DNA from: Escherichia coli
GTDB taxonomy: Bacteria; Pseudomonadota; Gammaproteobacteria; Enterobacterales; Enterobacteriaceae
Reading direction: 5' to 3' (one strand)
Assembly: GCF_041886205.1 (NCBI RefSeq)
Contig: NZ_CP169029.1
DNA length: 64,000 bases
Part shown: positions 1-10,723 of the stretch, piece after piece
Numbering within the stretch: position 1 is the first letter of the stretch
Layout of the letters: each line of letters opens with the position of its first letter
The notes under the pieces: model-generated
The model's database searches: none
The model's input: the letters and a program-made list of their open reading frames with translations, nothing else
What the model was told of the DNA's origin: nothing
Made by a program: the position numbers and the translations under genes

Positions 1-93
1 GAGAGTCGAACGCTGATGTGTGTTTCGCAATACGCAATGCTGGAAGCGATAATTGAATTCTTACGCGAGGAGTGCTGCGTAAATAGCAAAATT

Positions 94-176
94 GCCTGAT
101 GCGCTACGCGCTACAGATTTCATGCCATGCACGGTTTTGTAGGTCGGATAAGACGCGTTAGCGTCGCATCCGACAT
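94..176. repeat. REP/BIME-like palindromic units downstream of arsC
   Basis: gcctgatgcgctacgc... and gtaggtcggataagacgcgttagcgtcgcatccgaca resemble the E. coli REP consensus; coordinates approximate. Confidence 0.55.
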
Positions 177-221
177 AAACAAAGCGCACTTTACCAACTA
201 TGGGCAGTGGATATCGCCGCT

Positions 222-647
222 TTATTTCAACCGCTTACCCGCTTCATCAACCACTTTCTCGCCATCTTCCTTGGAGAATGCGCCTTTTTGCGCATCTGGC
301 AGAATTTCCAGCACCACTTCTGAAGGGCGGCACAGGCGAGTTCCCAGCGGCGTCACCACAATCGGGCGATTAATCAGAATCGGGTGCTGAAGCATAAAGT
401 CGATTAACCGATCGTCAGTAAATTTATCTTCTGCAAGGCCCAGTTCCTCATACGGCTCGACGTTTTTACGCAACAGCGCGCGTACGGAAATCCCCATATC
501 GGCAATGAGTTTGACCAGCTCATCGCGCGTTGGCGGTGTTTCCAGATAATAGATAATGGTCGGTTCTGTACCGCTGTTGCGGATCATCTCCAGCGTATTA
601 CGCGACGTACCGCAGGCCGGGTTGTGATAAATGGTAATGTTGCTCAT
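222..647 (-). CDS. arsC: arsenate reductase (glutaredoxin-dependent)
   Basis: 141-aa ORF; N-terminus MSNITIYHNPACGTSRNTLEMIR with the HNPxCGTS active-site region; last gene of the ars cluster. Confidence 0.93.
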   Translation of the reverse strand: MSNITIYHNPACGTSRNTLEMIRNSGTEPTIIYYLETPPTRDELVKLIADMGISVRALLRKNVEPYEELGLAEDKFTDDRLIDFMLQHPILINRPIVVTPLGTRLCRPSEVVLEILPDAQKGAFSKEDGEKVVDEAGKRLK

Positions 648-659
648 ATCAATATCTCA

Positions 660-1949
660 TTACAAAGTGAAAGAGAGACGTAGCGCCAGCGCAGCCAGCG
701 TCACAAAAAGCACCGGCAGGGTCATGATAATCCCTGTACGGAAGTAATATCCCCAGCTGATAGTCATATTCTTCTGCGAAAGTACGTGCAGCCAGAGTAG
801 CGTAGCCAGGCTACCAATTGGGGTAATTTTCGGTCCCAAATCGCAGCCAATCACGTTGGCATAAACCATCGCTTCTTTGATAACGCCAGATGCCGTGCTG
901 CCATCAATGGACAACGCGCCAACCAGTACCGTCGGCATATTGTTCATAATAGAAGAGAGGAAGGCGGTGAGGAATCCGGTGCCGAGCGTCGCGGCCCACA
1001 GGCCGTTTTCCGCCAGCACGTTGAGTACGCCAGAAAGATATTCCGTTAGTCCGGCATTGCGCAGGCCATAAACCACCAGATACATGCCGAGCGAGAAGAT
1101 GACAATCTGCCAGGGCGCACCGCGCAGGACTTTACCCGTATTAATTGCATGACCGCGTTTAGCGACGGCAAATAATATCAGCGCGCCCACTGCCGCAATG
1201 GCGCTTACCGGAATGCCGAGCGGTTCCAGGACGAAAAATCCCACCAGCAGAAACAGTAAAACAACCCAGCCAGTTTTGAAGGTGGCAGGATCTTTAATCG
1301 CTTCTGCGGGCGATTTCAGCAGCGCCATATCGTAGTTCTGCGGAATATCTTTGCGGAAATAGAGATGCAACATCACCAGCGTGGCAACAATTGCGGCGAT
1401 ATCCACCGGCACCATCACCGATGCGTATTCGCGAAAGCCGAGGCCAAAGAAATCTGCGGAAACGATATTCACCAGGTTGGAGACAATAAGCGGCAGGCTG
1501 GCGGTATCGGCAATGAATCCGGCCGCCATCACGAACGCCAGCGTAGTGCCTTTACTGAACCCTAAAGCCAGCAGCATGGCGATGACAATTGGCGTTAAAA
1601 TCAGCGCCGCGCCATCATTGGCAAACAGAGCTGCAACGGCAGCACCGAGCAGGACAATCCAGGTAAACAGCAAGCGACCGCGTCCATTGCCCCAGCGTGA
1701 GACGTGCAGCGCCGCCCATTCAAAAAAGCCGGACTCATCCAGCAGCAGGCTGATGATAATGACGGCAATAAACGCCGCCGTCGCGTTCCAGACGATATTC
1801 CACACCACCGGAATATCACCCGGATGAACCACGCCCGTAACCAACGCCAGTACCGCGCCGAGCGTTGCACTCCAGCCGATGCCTAAACCTTTCGGCTGCC
1901 AGATAACCAATACGATGGTCAGGACAAAAATAGCGCCTGCCAGTAACAT
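660..1949 (-). CDS. arsB: arsenite/antimonite efflux permease
   Basis: 429-aa polytopic membrane ORF between arsA and arsC; recognised ArsB sequence. Confidence 0.94.
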   Translation of the reverse strand: MLLAGAIFVLTIVLVIWQPKGLGIGWSATLGAVLALVTGVVHPGDIPVVWNIVWNATAAFIAVIIISLLLDESGFFEWAALHVSRWGNGRGRLLFTWIVLLGAAVAALFANDGAALILTPIVIAMLLALGFSKGTTLAFVMAAGFIADTASLPLIVSNLVNIVSADFFGLGFREYASVMVPVDIAAIVATLVMLHLYFRKDIPQNYDMALLKSPAEAIKDPATFKTGWVVLLFLLVGFFVLEPLGIPVSAIAAVGALILFAVAKRGHAINTGKVLRGAPWQIVIFSLGMYLVVYGLRNAGLTEYLSGVLNVLAENGLWAATLGTGFLTAFLSSIMNNMPTVLVGALSIDGSTASGVIKEAMVYANVIGCDLGPKITPIGSLATLLWLHVLSQKNMTISWGYYFRTGIIMTLPVLFVTLAALALRLSFTL

Positions 1950-1991
1950 ACACCCTCCTGACAGGGCGACATGGTCGCCCTGTATAAAAAA

Positions 1992-3743
1992 TTAACTTGC
2001 CAGCTTTCTGAGTTTTTCGATGCCCGTAGGTTCTTGTGCGAATAGAGGGACCAGCGCTACACGCTTAGCATGTCGGGCCATCACCGCCTCAATTTGTGGT
2101 CGTTCCTGCGTTGCTCGCTGACACAGTAGCGACGAACGTGTATCCGCAATAGAAAGGCAGTTATTGATTATCCAGCCCCAGGGATGAATCCCTGCGCGTT
2201 CAAGATCGGCCTGCAAATTAGCCGCTTCCAGTACGGGCGTGGTTTCAGGCAGCGTAACCAGCAGCACTTTGGTGCGTTGCGGATCCTGAAGTAGCATCAT
2301 TGGCGTAGTAAAGTGACCTTTTTCGCCCATTTTTTTCGCAATTTCACGGTGATAAGCCCCGGTGGCATCCAGCAATAACAGCGTGTGACCGGTTGGCGCG
2401 GTATCCATCACCACAAAACGTTTACCCGCCTCACGGATCACGCGCGAGAACGCCTGAAATACAGCAATCTCTTCGGTGCAAGGAGAGCGTAAATCCTCTT
2501 CCAGCAGTCGTTTCCCCGCTTCATCGAGATCTTTTCCCTTTGTCTCAAGGACATGCTGGCGATAGCGCTCGGTCTCTTCCTGCGGATTGATCCTGCTGAC
2601 CTGTAGGTTGGTAAGTGTGCCGTTTAGGGTAGTGTTAATGTGGGCAGCAGGATCGGAGGTTGTAAGATGCACATCGAATCCCATATCTGCCAGGCTGACG
2701 GCGATAGCTGCGGCCATTGTGGTTTTCCCCACGCCGCCTTTTCCCATCAGCATGATCAGACCGTGTTCACTGCGGGCAATATCATTCACTAGCTCAGAGA
2801 ATGACATGTTTTCAAAGAATTGCTGGCGCATCTGGTCAGAGAGCGGTGCAGGCTCGAAACGGGTATTAAAAAGACCTTTTAATGCAGGCACGCCAACCAT
2901 GTTCACCGGTTGAAGAAAGAGGGTATCTGCTGGAATGGTCGATAAACCGGCGGGTAAATTTACCAGGGCTTCCTGCTCACGCTGAACTATTGCCATTGCT
3001 AGTGGGTCATTTTGCTGCCCGGACTCAGGCAATACGCCGTTGATCACCAGATAATGATTTTTAAGACCAATCGCTGCCAGTTCTTCATGAGTGCGAGCGA
3101 CTTCCTGCAATGTTGATTTTTGCAGGCGTGCAACCAGCACCAGGCGGGTACGCTCAGGATCGGATAATGCTTCTACCGCATCAGCGTACTGCTCACGCTG
3201 TTTTTCCAGCCCAGCCATCGGGCCAAGACAGGAGGCACCATCGGGATTACTTTCAATAAAACTGCTCCAGGCACCGGGGAGCTGCAGAAGTCGTATGGTA
3301 TGGCCCGTTGGCGCGGTATCAAAAATGATGTGATCAAAGCGGGCCAGCAGAGAGGCATCGGTCAGTAAACCGGTGAACTCATCGAACGCCGCGATCTCCG
3401 TCGTACATGCTCCCGAAAGTTGTTCGCGTATACTATTTACAACCTCCTCAGGGAGAAGTCCTTTGATAGGGTCAACGATTCTGGCCCGATACTGTTCAGC
3501 GGCTTGCTGAGGATCAATTTCCAGCGCGGACAAACCGGGAACCGCTGTCACAGGAGTAATAGCGTTACCAATAGTTTGATTAAATACCTGACCGACATTC
3601 GACGCGGGGTCGGTGCTGACAAGCAGAACCCGTTTTCCCTGTTCCGCCAGATGGATAGCAGTTGCGCAGGAAATTGACGTTTTACCTACACCTCCCTTAC
3701 CGGTAAAAAACAGATAAGGCGGGATATTCTGTAAGAATTTCAT
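1992..3743 (-). CDS. arsA: arsenite-stimulated ATPase ArsA (two homologous halves)
   Basis: ORF-track 591 aa; likely start at internal Met (MKFLQNIPPYLFFTGKGGVGKTS); two P-loops GKGGVGKT present (N- and C-half). Confidence 0.93.
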   Translation of the reverse strand: MKFLQNIPPYLFFTGKGGVGKTSISCATAIHLAEQGKRVLLVSTDPASNVGQVFNQTIGNAITPVTAVPGLSALEIDPQQAAEQYRARIVDPIKGLLPEEVVNSIREQLSGACTTEIAAFDEFTGLLTDASLLARFDHIIFDTAPTGHTIRLLQLPGAWSSFIESNPDGASCLGPMAGLEKQREQYADAVEALSDPERTRLVLVARLQKSTLQEVARTHEELAAIGLKNHYLVINGVLPESGQQNDPLAMAIVQREQEALVNLPAGLSTIPADTLFLQPVNMVGVPALKGLFNTRFEPAPLSDQMRQQFFENMSFSELVNDIARSEHGLIMLMGKGGVGKTTMAAAIAVSLADMGFDVHLTTSDPAAHINTTLNGTLTNLQVSRINPQEETERYRQHVLETKGKDLDEAGKRLLEEDLRSPCTEEIAVFQAFSRVIREAGKRFVVMDTAPTGHTLLLLDATGAYHREIAKKMGEKGHFTTPMMLLQDPQRTKVLLVTLPETTPVLEAANLQADLERAGIHPWGWIINNCLSIADTRSSLLCQRATQERPQIEAVMARHAKRVALVPLFAQEPTGIEKLRKLAS

Positions 3744-3760
3744 ATGTCCCCCTGACCGGC

Positions 3761-4123
3761 TCAACAACAGTCGGTTTTTCCGCCACAGCAGTGTGTTGGT
3801 GCCAGTCCCACCTTCTCCAGCGGGATCCCAAACCAGCGGGCTAGCTCGGCGCGTTTCGGATAACGGCCCGCCATCACGGTTTCGCCTCCCAGTAAGATCA
3901 AGGGCAATCCTTCCGCCCCGGAAGCCTCAAGAAACGCTTTCGCTTTTTCGTTTTGCACGAAACTCATCGGTTGCTGCGCGAGATTGTAACGTTCGACCTG
4001 AACACCGCGGCTTTTCAGCCATTGCACATCTGCGGAAAAATCGACCAGCACCTGATCAACATCAGAACCACAGACGCCGGTACTGCAACACATCGCCGGA
4101 TCAAACACCGTTAACGTCTTCAT
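3761..4123 (-). CDS. arsD: arsenic metallochaperone / secondary repressor ArsD
   Basis: 120-aa ORF; MKTLTVFDPAMCCSTGVCG with the Cys12-Cys13-Cys18 triad and C-terminal CC pairs. Confidence 0.92.
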   Translation of the reverse strand: MKTLTVFDPAMCCSTGVCGSDVDQVLVDFSADVQWLKSRGVQVERYNLAQQPMSFVQNEKAKAFLEASGAEGLPLILLGGETVMAGRYPKRAELARWFGIPLEKVGLAPTHCCGGKTDCC

Positions 4124-4170
4124 CTTCGATACCTCACATTCGGAAAATCATATATATCAAGTCAAATTTT

Positions 4171-4524
4171 TTAACTGCAACTTGCTTTACCGTCAGCAGA
4201 GCAGTTGGCTGCGGCCAGCTTACGGGCGATAGCCTGCACGTCGTCCAGTTGGCTTAATCTTGTTTGCTCAATAATTTTCGCCGCCCATGCTGGAATATGC
4301 GGCGATAAGCGGTAATGAACCCACTTACCCTGCTTGCGATCCAGCAATAGCCCACTTTCACGCAGCAATGCCAGGTGGCGGGAGATCTTGGGCTGCGACT
4401 GGTCGAGAGCAGTACAGAGATCGCAGACACATAACTCTCCCAGCTCGCTGAGCAGTAAAACGATGCCCAGACGGGTCTCATCAGCAAGAATTTTGAACAG
4501 TTGGATGGGTAAGAGAAATGACAT
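4171..4524 (-). CDS. arsR: ArsR/SmtB-family arsenite-responsive repressor
   Basis: 117-aa ORF with ELCVCDL metal-binding motif inside a wHTH; first gene of operon. Confidence 0.93.
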   Translation of the reverse strand: MSFLLPIQLFKILADETRLGIVLLLSELGELCVCDLCTALDQSQPKISRHLALLRESGLLLDRKQGKWVHYRLSPHIPAWAAKIIEQTRLSQLDDVQAIARKLAAANCSADGKASCS

Positions 4525-4534
4525 ATTGCGCTCC

Positions 4535-4610
4535 TGATTGTTGCAGGTAGTGTCTCTCTTCGAAGCGGATAAGTCAAAAACATATATGACTTAACGAATG
4601 TGTAAGCGCA
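4535..4610 (-). promoter_or_regulatory. ars operon promoter/ArsR operator region (approximate)
   Basis: Immediately upstream of arsR; contains aagtcaaaaacatatatgacttaacgaat with imperfect dyad; position inferred, not mapped. Confidence 0.35.
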
Positions 4611-4671
4611 GAAGAAGGTAATAGGTGTGAATTTTGAGTTGGGTATTCATTTGAAAGGAGGTCTGAATCAG

Positions 4672-4762
4672 GACGTAAAAAAACCGACTTTGTGTCGGTT
4701 TTTTACTTCCCAGCCCTGAGTTGGTGGCTCTGGCTGGAGTGAGAGAGCTCTTATCTAACAGT
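4672..4762 (-). ncRNA. agrB: agrB-like small RNA (antisense regulator of dinQ); agrA/agrB naming by position is tentative
   Basis: ~90-bp unit with hairpin aaaaaaaccgactttgtgtcggtttttt and a stretch (ctctggctggagtgagagagctcttatctaaca) repeated in the dinQ 5' region; K-12 carries agrA/agrB here. Confidence 0.5.
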
Positions 4763-4902
4763 TCAATACTATTAGCCAGTGGCTAACATTGCAAGAATTA
4801 GCGATTTCTTCAGCTGGAGAAGGGACAGTTTGCTATACATGTTGGTGAAAGAGGATTTATATACTTTCATCGGGTCGCTGCCGTACCAAGCCTTGTCCGA
4901 AT

Positions 4903-4993
4903 CCGGATGTAAAAAAACCGACTTTGCGTCGGTTTTTTACTTTCCAGCCCTGAGTTGGTGGCTCTGACTGGAGTGAGATAGCCATCATCTAAC
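4903..4993 (-). ncRNA. agrA: agrA-like small RNA (second copy of agr repeat unit)
   Basis: Near-identical second copy of the 4672-4762 unit (hairpin aaaaaaaccgactttgcgtcggtttttt plus ctctgactggagtgagatagcc...). Confidence 0.5.
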
Positions 4994-5057
4994 GCATCAA
5001 TGCTAATACCATACTGAAACTATTGCAAGGACGTGCTGGTTTTATAACCTGCATGTA

Positions 5058-5073
5058 CTGTATGATTATCCAG
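5058..5073 (+). promoter_or_regulatory. LexA box (SOS box) in dinQ promoter
   Basis: ctgtatgattatccag fits CTG-N10-CAG LexA consensus; upstream of dinQ. Confidence 0.55.
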
Positions 5074-5266
5074 TTAGCTCTGAGGCATTTTCACTCTGGC
5101 AATGCGCATAAACGCTTTCAAAGTCCTGGTCAGAAGTACGGGTGGTGCCGTTAACTGATGCTCTGGCCGGAGTGAGAGAGTTCTTATCTAACAATGAGAC
5201 ATGCGCCGTGACAGGCAGTGGATGAGTAAGCGGATGCATTCTCACTCCATCGCATGGAGAAAACGG

Positions 5267-5350
5267 GTGATTGATAAAGCAATCATCGTTCTTGGGGCGT
5301 TAATTGCGCTGCTGGAACTGATCCGCTTTCTGCTTCAGCTTCTGAACTGA
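5267..5350 (+). CDS. dinQ: type I toxin peptide DinQ (27 aa, GTG start)
   Basis: Translation from GTG gives MIDKAIIVLGALIALLELIRFLLQLLN, a single hydrophobic helix matching DinQ; too short for the ORF track. Confidence 0.7.
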   Translation: MIDKAIIVLGALIALLELIRFLLQLLN

Positions 5351-5365
5351 TAGCGGAAACGTAAT

Positions 5366-5397
5366 TAAGGGCTAAGAGCACACTACTCTTAGCCCTT
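5366..5397. terminator. stem-loop between convergent dinQ and gor
   Basis: Inverted repeat gggctaagag...ctcttagccc directly after dinQ stop and before gor stop. Confidence 0.45.
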
Positions 5398-5403
5398 TAA
5401 CAT

Positions 5404-6756
5404 TTAACGCATGGTCACGAACTCTTCTGCCGCCGTCGGGTGAATGGCAACCGTGTTGTCGAAGTCTTTTTTGGTTGCGCCCATCTTCAGCGCCACCGCG
5501 AAGCCCTGCAACATTTCGTCCATACCAAAACCAATTCCGTGAATACCGACAATCTTCTCTTCCGGCCCAACGCACACCAGCTTCATGCGGCACGGCTGGC
5601 GGTGAGTGGTGACTGCGGTATACATCGCGGTGAAAGAGGATTTATACACTTTCACCTGATCGTCGCCGTACTGCTCGCGCGCCTGCGGTTCCGTTAAACC
5701 AACAGTACCAATCGGCGGATGGCTGAAGACCACGGTCGGAATGTTGCTGTAATCCAGATGCTCATCCGGCTTGTTATTAAACAGGCGTTCAGAGAGGCGG
5801 CGACCCGCTGCAACTGCCACCGGTGTCAGTTCTACTGCACCCGTGTTATCGCCCACCGCGTAAATACCTTCAATGTTGGTGTTTTGATATTTATCGACGA
5901 CGATATAGCCTTTTTCGTTAGTTTTAACGCCAGCGGCTTCCAGGTTGATGTTGTCATTGGCAGGCTCGCGACCAATCGCCCAAATCAGGCAATCCACCGT
6001 TTCACTGCGACCATCTTCCAGCTCCAGCGTCAGGCTACCATCGGCATTTTTCACTACCGCTTTCGGGATGGCGTTGGTGTGCAACTGCGGGCCTTCGGCG
6101 TTCATCACTTCGACCAGCGTTTCAGAGATCATCGGGTCGAAGCTGCGCAGCGGCGCATGTTTACGCACAAACAGATGCGTTTTCGCGCCGAGGCCGTTAA
6201 TCACGCCCGCCAGCTCAACGGCGATGTAACCCGCGCCAACAACAGCCACGCGCTCTGGCAAAGCAGGAAGGGCGAAGAAGCCATCAGAATCAATACCGTA
6301 TTCCACGCCTGGAATATCCGGGTGGCTCGGACGACCGCCGGTGGCGATCAGAATATGATCGGCCGTGATGGTTTCGCCGTTTACCTCCAGCGTTTTGGCA
6401 TCAACGAAGCGGGCAAAGCCTTTGATTACATCAACGTTATTTTTACCGAGCACGTTTTCATAGGAAGTATGAATACGGTCGATATAGGCGGTACGGCTGG
6501 CGATCAACGTTTCCCAGTTGAATTTATTGATAGTGGTATCAAAACCATAATCCGGGCCGTACATATGGATCGCTTCACGGATTTGCGCCGCGTGCCACAT
6601 CACTTTCTTCGGTACGCAGCCGACGTTCACGCAGGTGCCGCCCAGCTCTTTGGCTTCAATCAGTGCGCATTTCTGGCCGTACATAGCCGCGCGGTTGATG
6701 GAGGCGATACCGCCGCTGCCGCCGCCGATGGCGATGTAATCATAGTGTTTAGTCAT
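5404..6756 (-). CDS. gor: glutathione reductase
   Basis: 450-aa ORF; GGGSGG FAD motif and [10 protein letters not shown] redox-active disulfide. Confidence 0.97.
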   Translation of the reverse strand: MTKHYDYIAIGGGSGGIASINRAAMYGQKCALIEAKELGGTCVNVGCVPKKVMWHAAQIREAIHMYGPDYGFDTTINKFNWETLIASRTAYIDRIHTSYENVLGKNNVDVIKGFARFVDAKTLEVNGETITADHILIATGGRPSHPDIPGVEYGIDSDGFFALPALPERVAVVGAGYIAVELAGVINGLGAKTHLFVRKHAPLRSFDPMISETLVEVMNAEGPQLHTNAIPKAVVKNADGSLTLELEDGRSETVDCLIWAIGREPANDNINLEAAGVKTNEKGYIVVDKYQNTNIEGIYAVGDNTGAVELTPVAVAAGRRLSERLFNNKPDEHLDYSNIPTVVFSHPPIGTVGLTEPQAREQYGDDQVKVYKSSFTAMYTAVTTHRQPCRMKLVCVGPEEKIVGIHGIGFGMDEMLQGFAVALKMGATKKDFDNTVAIHPTAAEEFVTMR

Positions 6757-6827
6757 GACAGAGTGTCCTTATCGTTGATTACCGCGATTGTAGCGCGAGA
6801 CGTAATAGGTGCCAGCAATGGCTGCAA

Positions 6828-7670
6828 TTACTCCGGCACGATCCAGCTTACGGTGGCGTGCCCGGTGCCTGCCGGAACCAGTTTGCTGTGCAGCCACGGC
6901 AGCACGTTATTCATCTGCTGTTCCAGCTTCCACGGCGGGTTAATCACAATCATGCCGGAAGCGGTCATGCCACGGCGATCGCTGTCTGGCAGCACCGCCA
7001 GTTCAATTTGCAGAATTTTGCGAATGCCAGTCGCTTCCAGGTCGTGGATCATGCGCTTAATTTGCTGGCGCAGCACCACCGGATACCACAATGCGTAAGT
7101 GCCAGTGGCGAAACGTTTGTAACCTTCTGCTATCCCGCTGACCACCGCCTGATAGTCAGTTTTCATTTCATACGGCGGGTCGATAAGGATTAAACCACGG
7201 CGAGAAACCGGCGGCAGTTTGGACTTAAGTTGCTGGAAACCGTCGGCTTTTTCGACGCGCGCACGGCTGTCTTTCTGAAATTCAGAACGCAGCAACGGGT
7301 AATCGCTCGGGTGCAGCTCGGTCAGTTGCAGGCTGTCTTGTTCGCGCAGTAGCTGGCGAGCAATCAACGGCGAACCGGGGTAGTAACGCAATTGACCGCT
7401 ACGGTTGAAGTGTTTTACCACATTGATGTACGGCTCCAGCTCCGCAGGCAAATCGTCCTGCTGCCAGATACGGGCGATACCTTCGAGATATTCGCCGGTA
7501 CGCTCGGCATGTTCGCTGCCTAACTGATAACGCCCGGCCCCTGCGTGGGTGTCGAGATAGAGAAACGGTTTATCTTTCTCTTTCAGCGACTCGATGATCA
7601 GGCTCTGAACGGTATGTTTAAGGACGTCGGCGTGGTTGCCAGCGTGAAAGCTGTGGCGATAACTGAGCAT
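6828..7670 (-). CDS. rlmJ: 23S rRNA m6A2030 methyltransferase
   Basis: ORF-track 297 aa; start at internal Met (MLSYRHSFHAGNHADVLKH) giving 280 aa. Confidence 0.92.
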   Translation of the reverse strand: MLSYRHSFHAGNHADVLKHTVQSLIIESLKEKDKPFLYLDTHAGAGRYQLGSEHAERTGEYLEGIARIWQQDDLPAELEPYINVVKHFNRSGQLRYYPGSPLIARQLLREQDSLQLTELHPSDYPLLRSEFQKDSRARVEKADGFQQLKSKLPPVSRRGLILIDPPYEMKTDYQAVVSGIAEGYKRFATGTYALWYPVVLRQQIKRMIHDLEATGIRKILQIELAVLPDSDRRGMTASGMIVINPPWKLEQQMNNVLPWLHSKLVPAGTGHATVSWIVPE

Positions 7671-7872
7671 GGGTAAAGGTGTTCCGGTAAGTAAAAATCG
7701 GCCCGTATTCGGGGCGCACAAAAGCCTATCAGGACAGTATACCGAAAAGAGGCCGCCGCCGCGAAAGCGTAACGTTTCTCATTGAAATTCACTACACTTA
7801 ACCCCATGCTACACACATTATGTAAAGCGCCCGTTGAGCGCTTCCCTAACCTCTTTAACCAGGACTGCGCGA

Positions 7873-9915
7873 ATGACGAATCCGTTACTGACTCCCTTTG
7901 AATTGCCTCCGTTTTCTAAAATTCTCCCGGAACATGTCGTTCCAGCCGTGACGAAGGCGCTGAACGACTGCCGGGAAAATGTGGAGCGCGTAGTAGCGCA
8001 AGGAGCACCGTACACCTGGGAAAATCTCTGCCAGCCGTTGGCGGAAGTGGACGATGTGCTTGGGCGTATTTTCTCCCCGGTCAGCCACCTGAACTCGGTG
8101 AAAAATAGCCCGGAACTGCGTGAAGCGTACGAACAAACCCTGCCGCTGCTGTCGGAATACAGCACCTGGGTAGGGCAACATGAAGGGCTGTATAAAGCGT
8201 ATCGCGACCTGCGCGATGGCGATCATTACGCCACGCTGAACACGGCGCAGAAGAAAGCGGTTGATAACGCACTGCGCGACTTTGAACTCTCTGGCATCGG
8301 TCTGCCGAAAGAGAAACAGCAGCGTTACGGCGAAATTGCTACCCGTCTTTCTGAACTGGGCAACCAGTACAGCAACAACGTCCTCGATGCGACGATGGGC
8401 TGGACCAAACTCGTTACCGACGAAGCGGAACTGGCGGGGATGCCAGAAAGCGCGCTGGCTGCGGCAAAAGCCCAGGCCGAAGCGAAAGAGCTGGAAGGCT
8501 ACCTGCTGACGCTGGATATCCCAAGCTACCTGCCGGTAATGACCTACTGCGACAACCAGGCTCTGCGCGAAGAGATGTATCGCGCATACAGCACCCGCGC
8601 CTCCGATCAAGGCCCGAACGCCGGTAAGTGGGATAACAGCAAGGTGATGGAAGAGATCCTCGCGCTGCGTCACGAACTGGCGCAACTGCTGGGCTTTGAA
8701 AACTACGCCTTTAAATCCCTTGCCACTAAAATGGCAGAAAACCCGCAGCAGGTGCTTGATTTCTTAACCGATCTGGCAAAACGCGCGCGTCCGCAAGGCG
8801 AAAAAGAGCTGGAGCAACTGCGTGCCTTCGCTAAAGCCGAATTTGGCGTGGATGAGTTGCAGCCGTGGGATATCGCTTACTACAGCGAAAAACAAAAACA
8901 GCATCTCTACAGCATCAGTGACGAACAGCTGCGTCCGTACTTCCCGGAAAACAAAGCGGTTAACGGCCTGTTTGAAGTGGTAAAACGTATTTACGGCATC
9001 ACCGCTAAAGAGCGTAAAGATGTTGATGTCTGGCATCCGGATGTACGTTTCTTCGAACTGTATGACGAGAACAACGAACTGCGCGGCAGCTTCTACCTCG
9101 ATCTGTATACCCGTGAAAACAAGCGCGGCGGGGCGTGGATGGATGACTGCGTAGGCCAGATGCGTAAAGCTGATGGTTCTCTGCAAAAACCGGTCGCGTA
9201 TCTAACCTGTAACTTCAACCGCCCGGTGAATGGTAAACCGGCGCTGTTTACCCATGACGAAGTTATCACCCTGTTCCATGAGTTCGGTCACGGCCTGCAC
9301 CATATGCTGACCCGCATCGAAACTGCCGGTGTGTCTGGTATCAGCGGGGTGCCGTGGGATGCGGTCGAACTGCCGAGCCAGTTTATGGAAAACTGGTGCT
9401 GGGAGCCGGAGGCGCTGGCGTTTATCTCTGGTCACTACGAAACCGGCGAACCGCTGCCGAAGGAACTACTGGATAAAATGCTGGCAGCGAAAAACTACCA
9501 GGCGGCACTGTTTATTCTGCGCCAGCTGGAGTTCGGCCTGTTCGATTTCCGCCTCCATGCCGAGTTCCGCCCGGATCAGGGAGCGAAAATCCTCGAAACT
9601 CTGGCAGAAATCAAGAAACTGGTTGCCGTGGTACCGTCTCCGTCATGGGGCCGTTTCCCACACGCTTTCAGCCATATTTTCGCCGGTGGTTATGCCGCAG
9701 GTTACTACAGCTACCTGTGGGCTGACGTACTGGCGGCAGATGCCTTCTCGCGCTTTGAGGAAGAGGGCATTTTCAACCGTAAAACCGGGCAGTCGTTCCT
9801 CGACAACATTCTAAGCCGTGGCGGTTCAGAAGAGCCGATGGATCTGTTCAAACGCTTCCGTGGTCGTGAACCGCAGCTGGATGCGATGCTGGAGCATTAC
9901 GGCATTAAGGGCTGA
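7873..9915 (+). CDS. prlC: oligopeptidase A (M3 family zinc metallopeptidase)
   Basis: ORF-track 693 aa; start [14 protein letters not shown] gives 680 aa; HEFGH zinc-binding motif present. Confidence 0.95.
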   Translation: MTNPLLTPFELPPFSKILPEHVVPAVTKALNDCRENVERVVAQGAPYTWENLCQPLAEVDDVLGRIFSPVSHLNSVKNSPELREAYEQTLPLLSEYSTWVGQHEGLYKAYRDLRDGDHYATLNTAQKKAVDNALRDFELSGIGLPKEKQQRYGEIATRLSELGNQYSNNVLDATMGWTKLVTDEAELAGMPESALAAAKAQAEAKELEGYLLTLDIPSYLPVMTYCDNQALREEMYRAYSTRASDQGPNAGKWDNSKVMEEILALRHELAQLLGFENYAFKSLATKMAENPQQVLDFLTDLAKRARPQGEKELEQLRAFAKAEFGVDELQPWDIAYYSEKQKQHLYSISDEQLRPYFPENKAVNGLFEVVKRIYGITAKERKDVDVWHPDVRFFELYDENNELRGSFYLDLYTRENKRGGAWMDDCVGQMRKADGSLQKPVAYLTCNFNRPVNGKPALFTHDEVITLFHEFGHGLHHMLTRIETAGVSGISGVPWDAVELPSQFMENWCWEPEALAFISGHYETGEPLPKELLDKMLAAKNYQAALFILRQLEFGLFDFRLHAEFRPDQGAKILETLAEIKKLVAVVPSPSWGRFPHAFSHIFAGGYAAGYYSYLWADVLAADAFSRFEEEGIFNRKTGQSFLDNILSRGGSEEPMDLFKRFRGREPQLDAMLEHYGIKG

Positions 9916-9922
9916 TCATTCA

Positions 9923-10675
9923 GTGAAAATCTGCTTAATTGATGAAACAGGCACCGGAGACGGTGCCTTATCTGTTCTGGCGGCTCGCTGGGGGCTGGAG
10001 CACGATGAAGACAACCTGATGGCGCTGGTGTTAACGCCGGAACATCTGGAATTGCGCAAGCGTGATGAGCCAAAACTTGGCGGCATCTTTGTTGATTTTG
10101 TTGGCGGAGCGATGGCGCACCGACGCAAATTCGGCGGTGGTCGCGGTGAGGCGGTGGCGAAAGCGGTGGGCATTAAAGGCGATTATTTGCCGGATGTGGT
10201 GGATGCCACTGCAGGACTGGGGCGCGATGCCTTTGTGCTGGCTTCAGTCGGTTGCCGCGTGCGGATGCTGGAGCGTAATCCAGTTGTTGCCGCATTGCTC
10301 GACGACGGCCTGGCGCGTGGTTATGCGGATGCGGAAATTGGCGGCTGGTTGCAGGAGCGTTTGCAACTGATCCACGCCTCCAGCCTGACGGCGCTGACCG
10401 ATATCACCCCGCGCCCGCAGGTGGTCTATCTCGATCCGATGTTCCCGCACAAGCAGAAAAGCGCGCTGGTGAAAAAAGAGATGCGTGTCTTTCAGTCGCT
10501 GGTGGGGCCGGATCTCGACGCGGATGGGTTGCTGGAGCCTGCGCGGCTGCTGGCGACTAAACGCGTGGTGGTAAAGCGTCCGGACTACGCGCCGCCGCTG
10601 GCAAATGTCGCTACGCCAAACGCGGTAGTCACTAAAGGGCATAGGTTTGATATTTATGCAGGTACGCCAGTGTAA
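9923..10675 (+). CDS. rsmJ: 16S rRNA m2G1516 methyltransferase
   Basis: GTG start ([14 protein letters not shown]...) inside the 285-aa track ORF gives 250 aa; SAM-MTase. Confidence 0.9.
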   Translation: MKICLIDETGTGDGALSVLAARWGLEHDEDNLMALVLTPEHLELRKRDEPKLGGIFVDFVGGAMAHRRKFGGGRGEAVAKAVGIKGDYLPDVVDATAGLGRDAFVLASVGCRVRMLERNPVVAALLDDGLARGYADAEIGGWLQERLQLIHASSLTALTDITPRPQVVYLDPMFPHKQKSALVKKEMRVFQSLVGPDLDADGLLEPARLLATKRVVVKRPDYAPPLANVATPNAVVTKGHRFDIYAGTPV

Positions 10676-10723
10676 AACTAAAGCAGGGTAGCGATAACGC
10701 TACCCTGCTTTCTGCAAGAATAA

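Noticed and set aside
4779-4967. 62-aa ORF in the arsR-gor intergenic region
   Set aside because: Spans the gor-fragment duplicate and an agr hairpin; the region is better explained as sRNA repeat units, and there is no RBS or recognisable protein features
5719-7098. 459-aa ORF on plus strand
   Set aside because: Lies antisense across gor and rlmJ, which are confidently recognised on the minus strand; shadow ORF with no recognisable motifs
7885-8685. 266-aa ORF on minus strand
   Set aside because: Antisense to prlC; R/Q-rich shadow-frame translation
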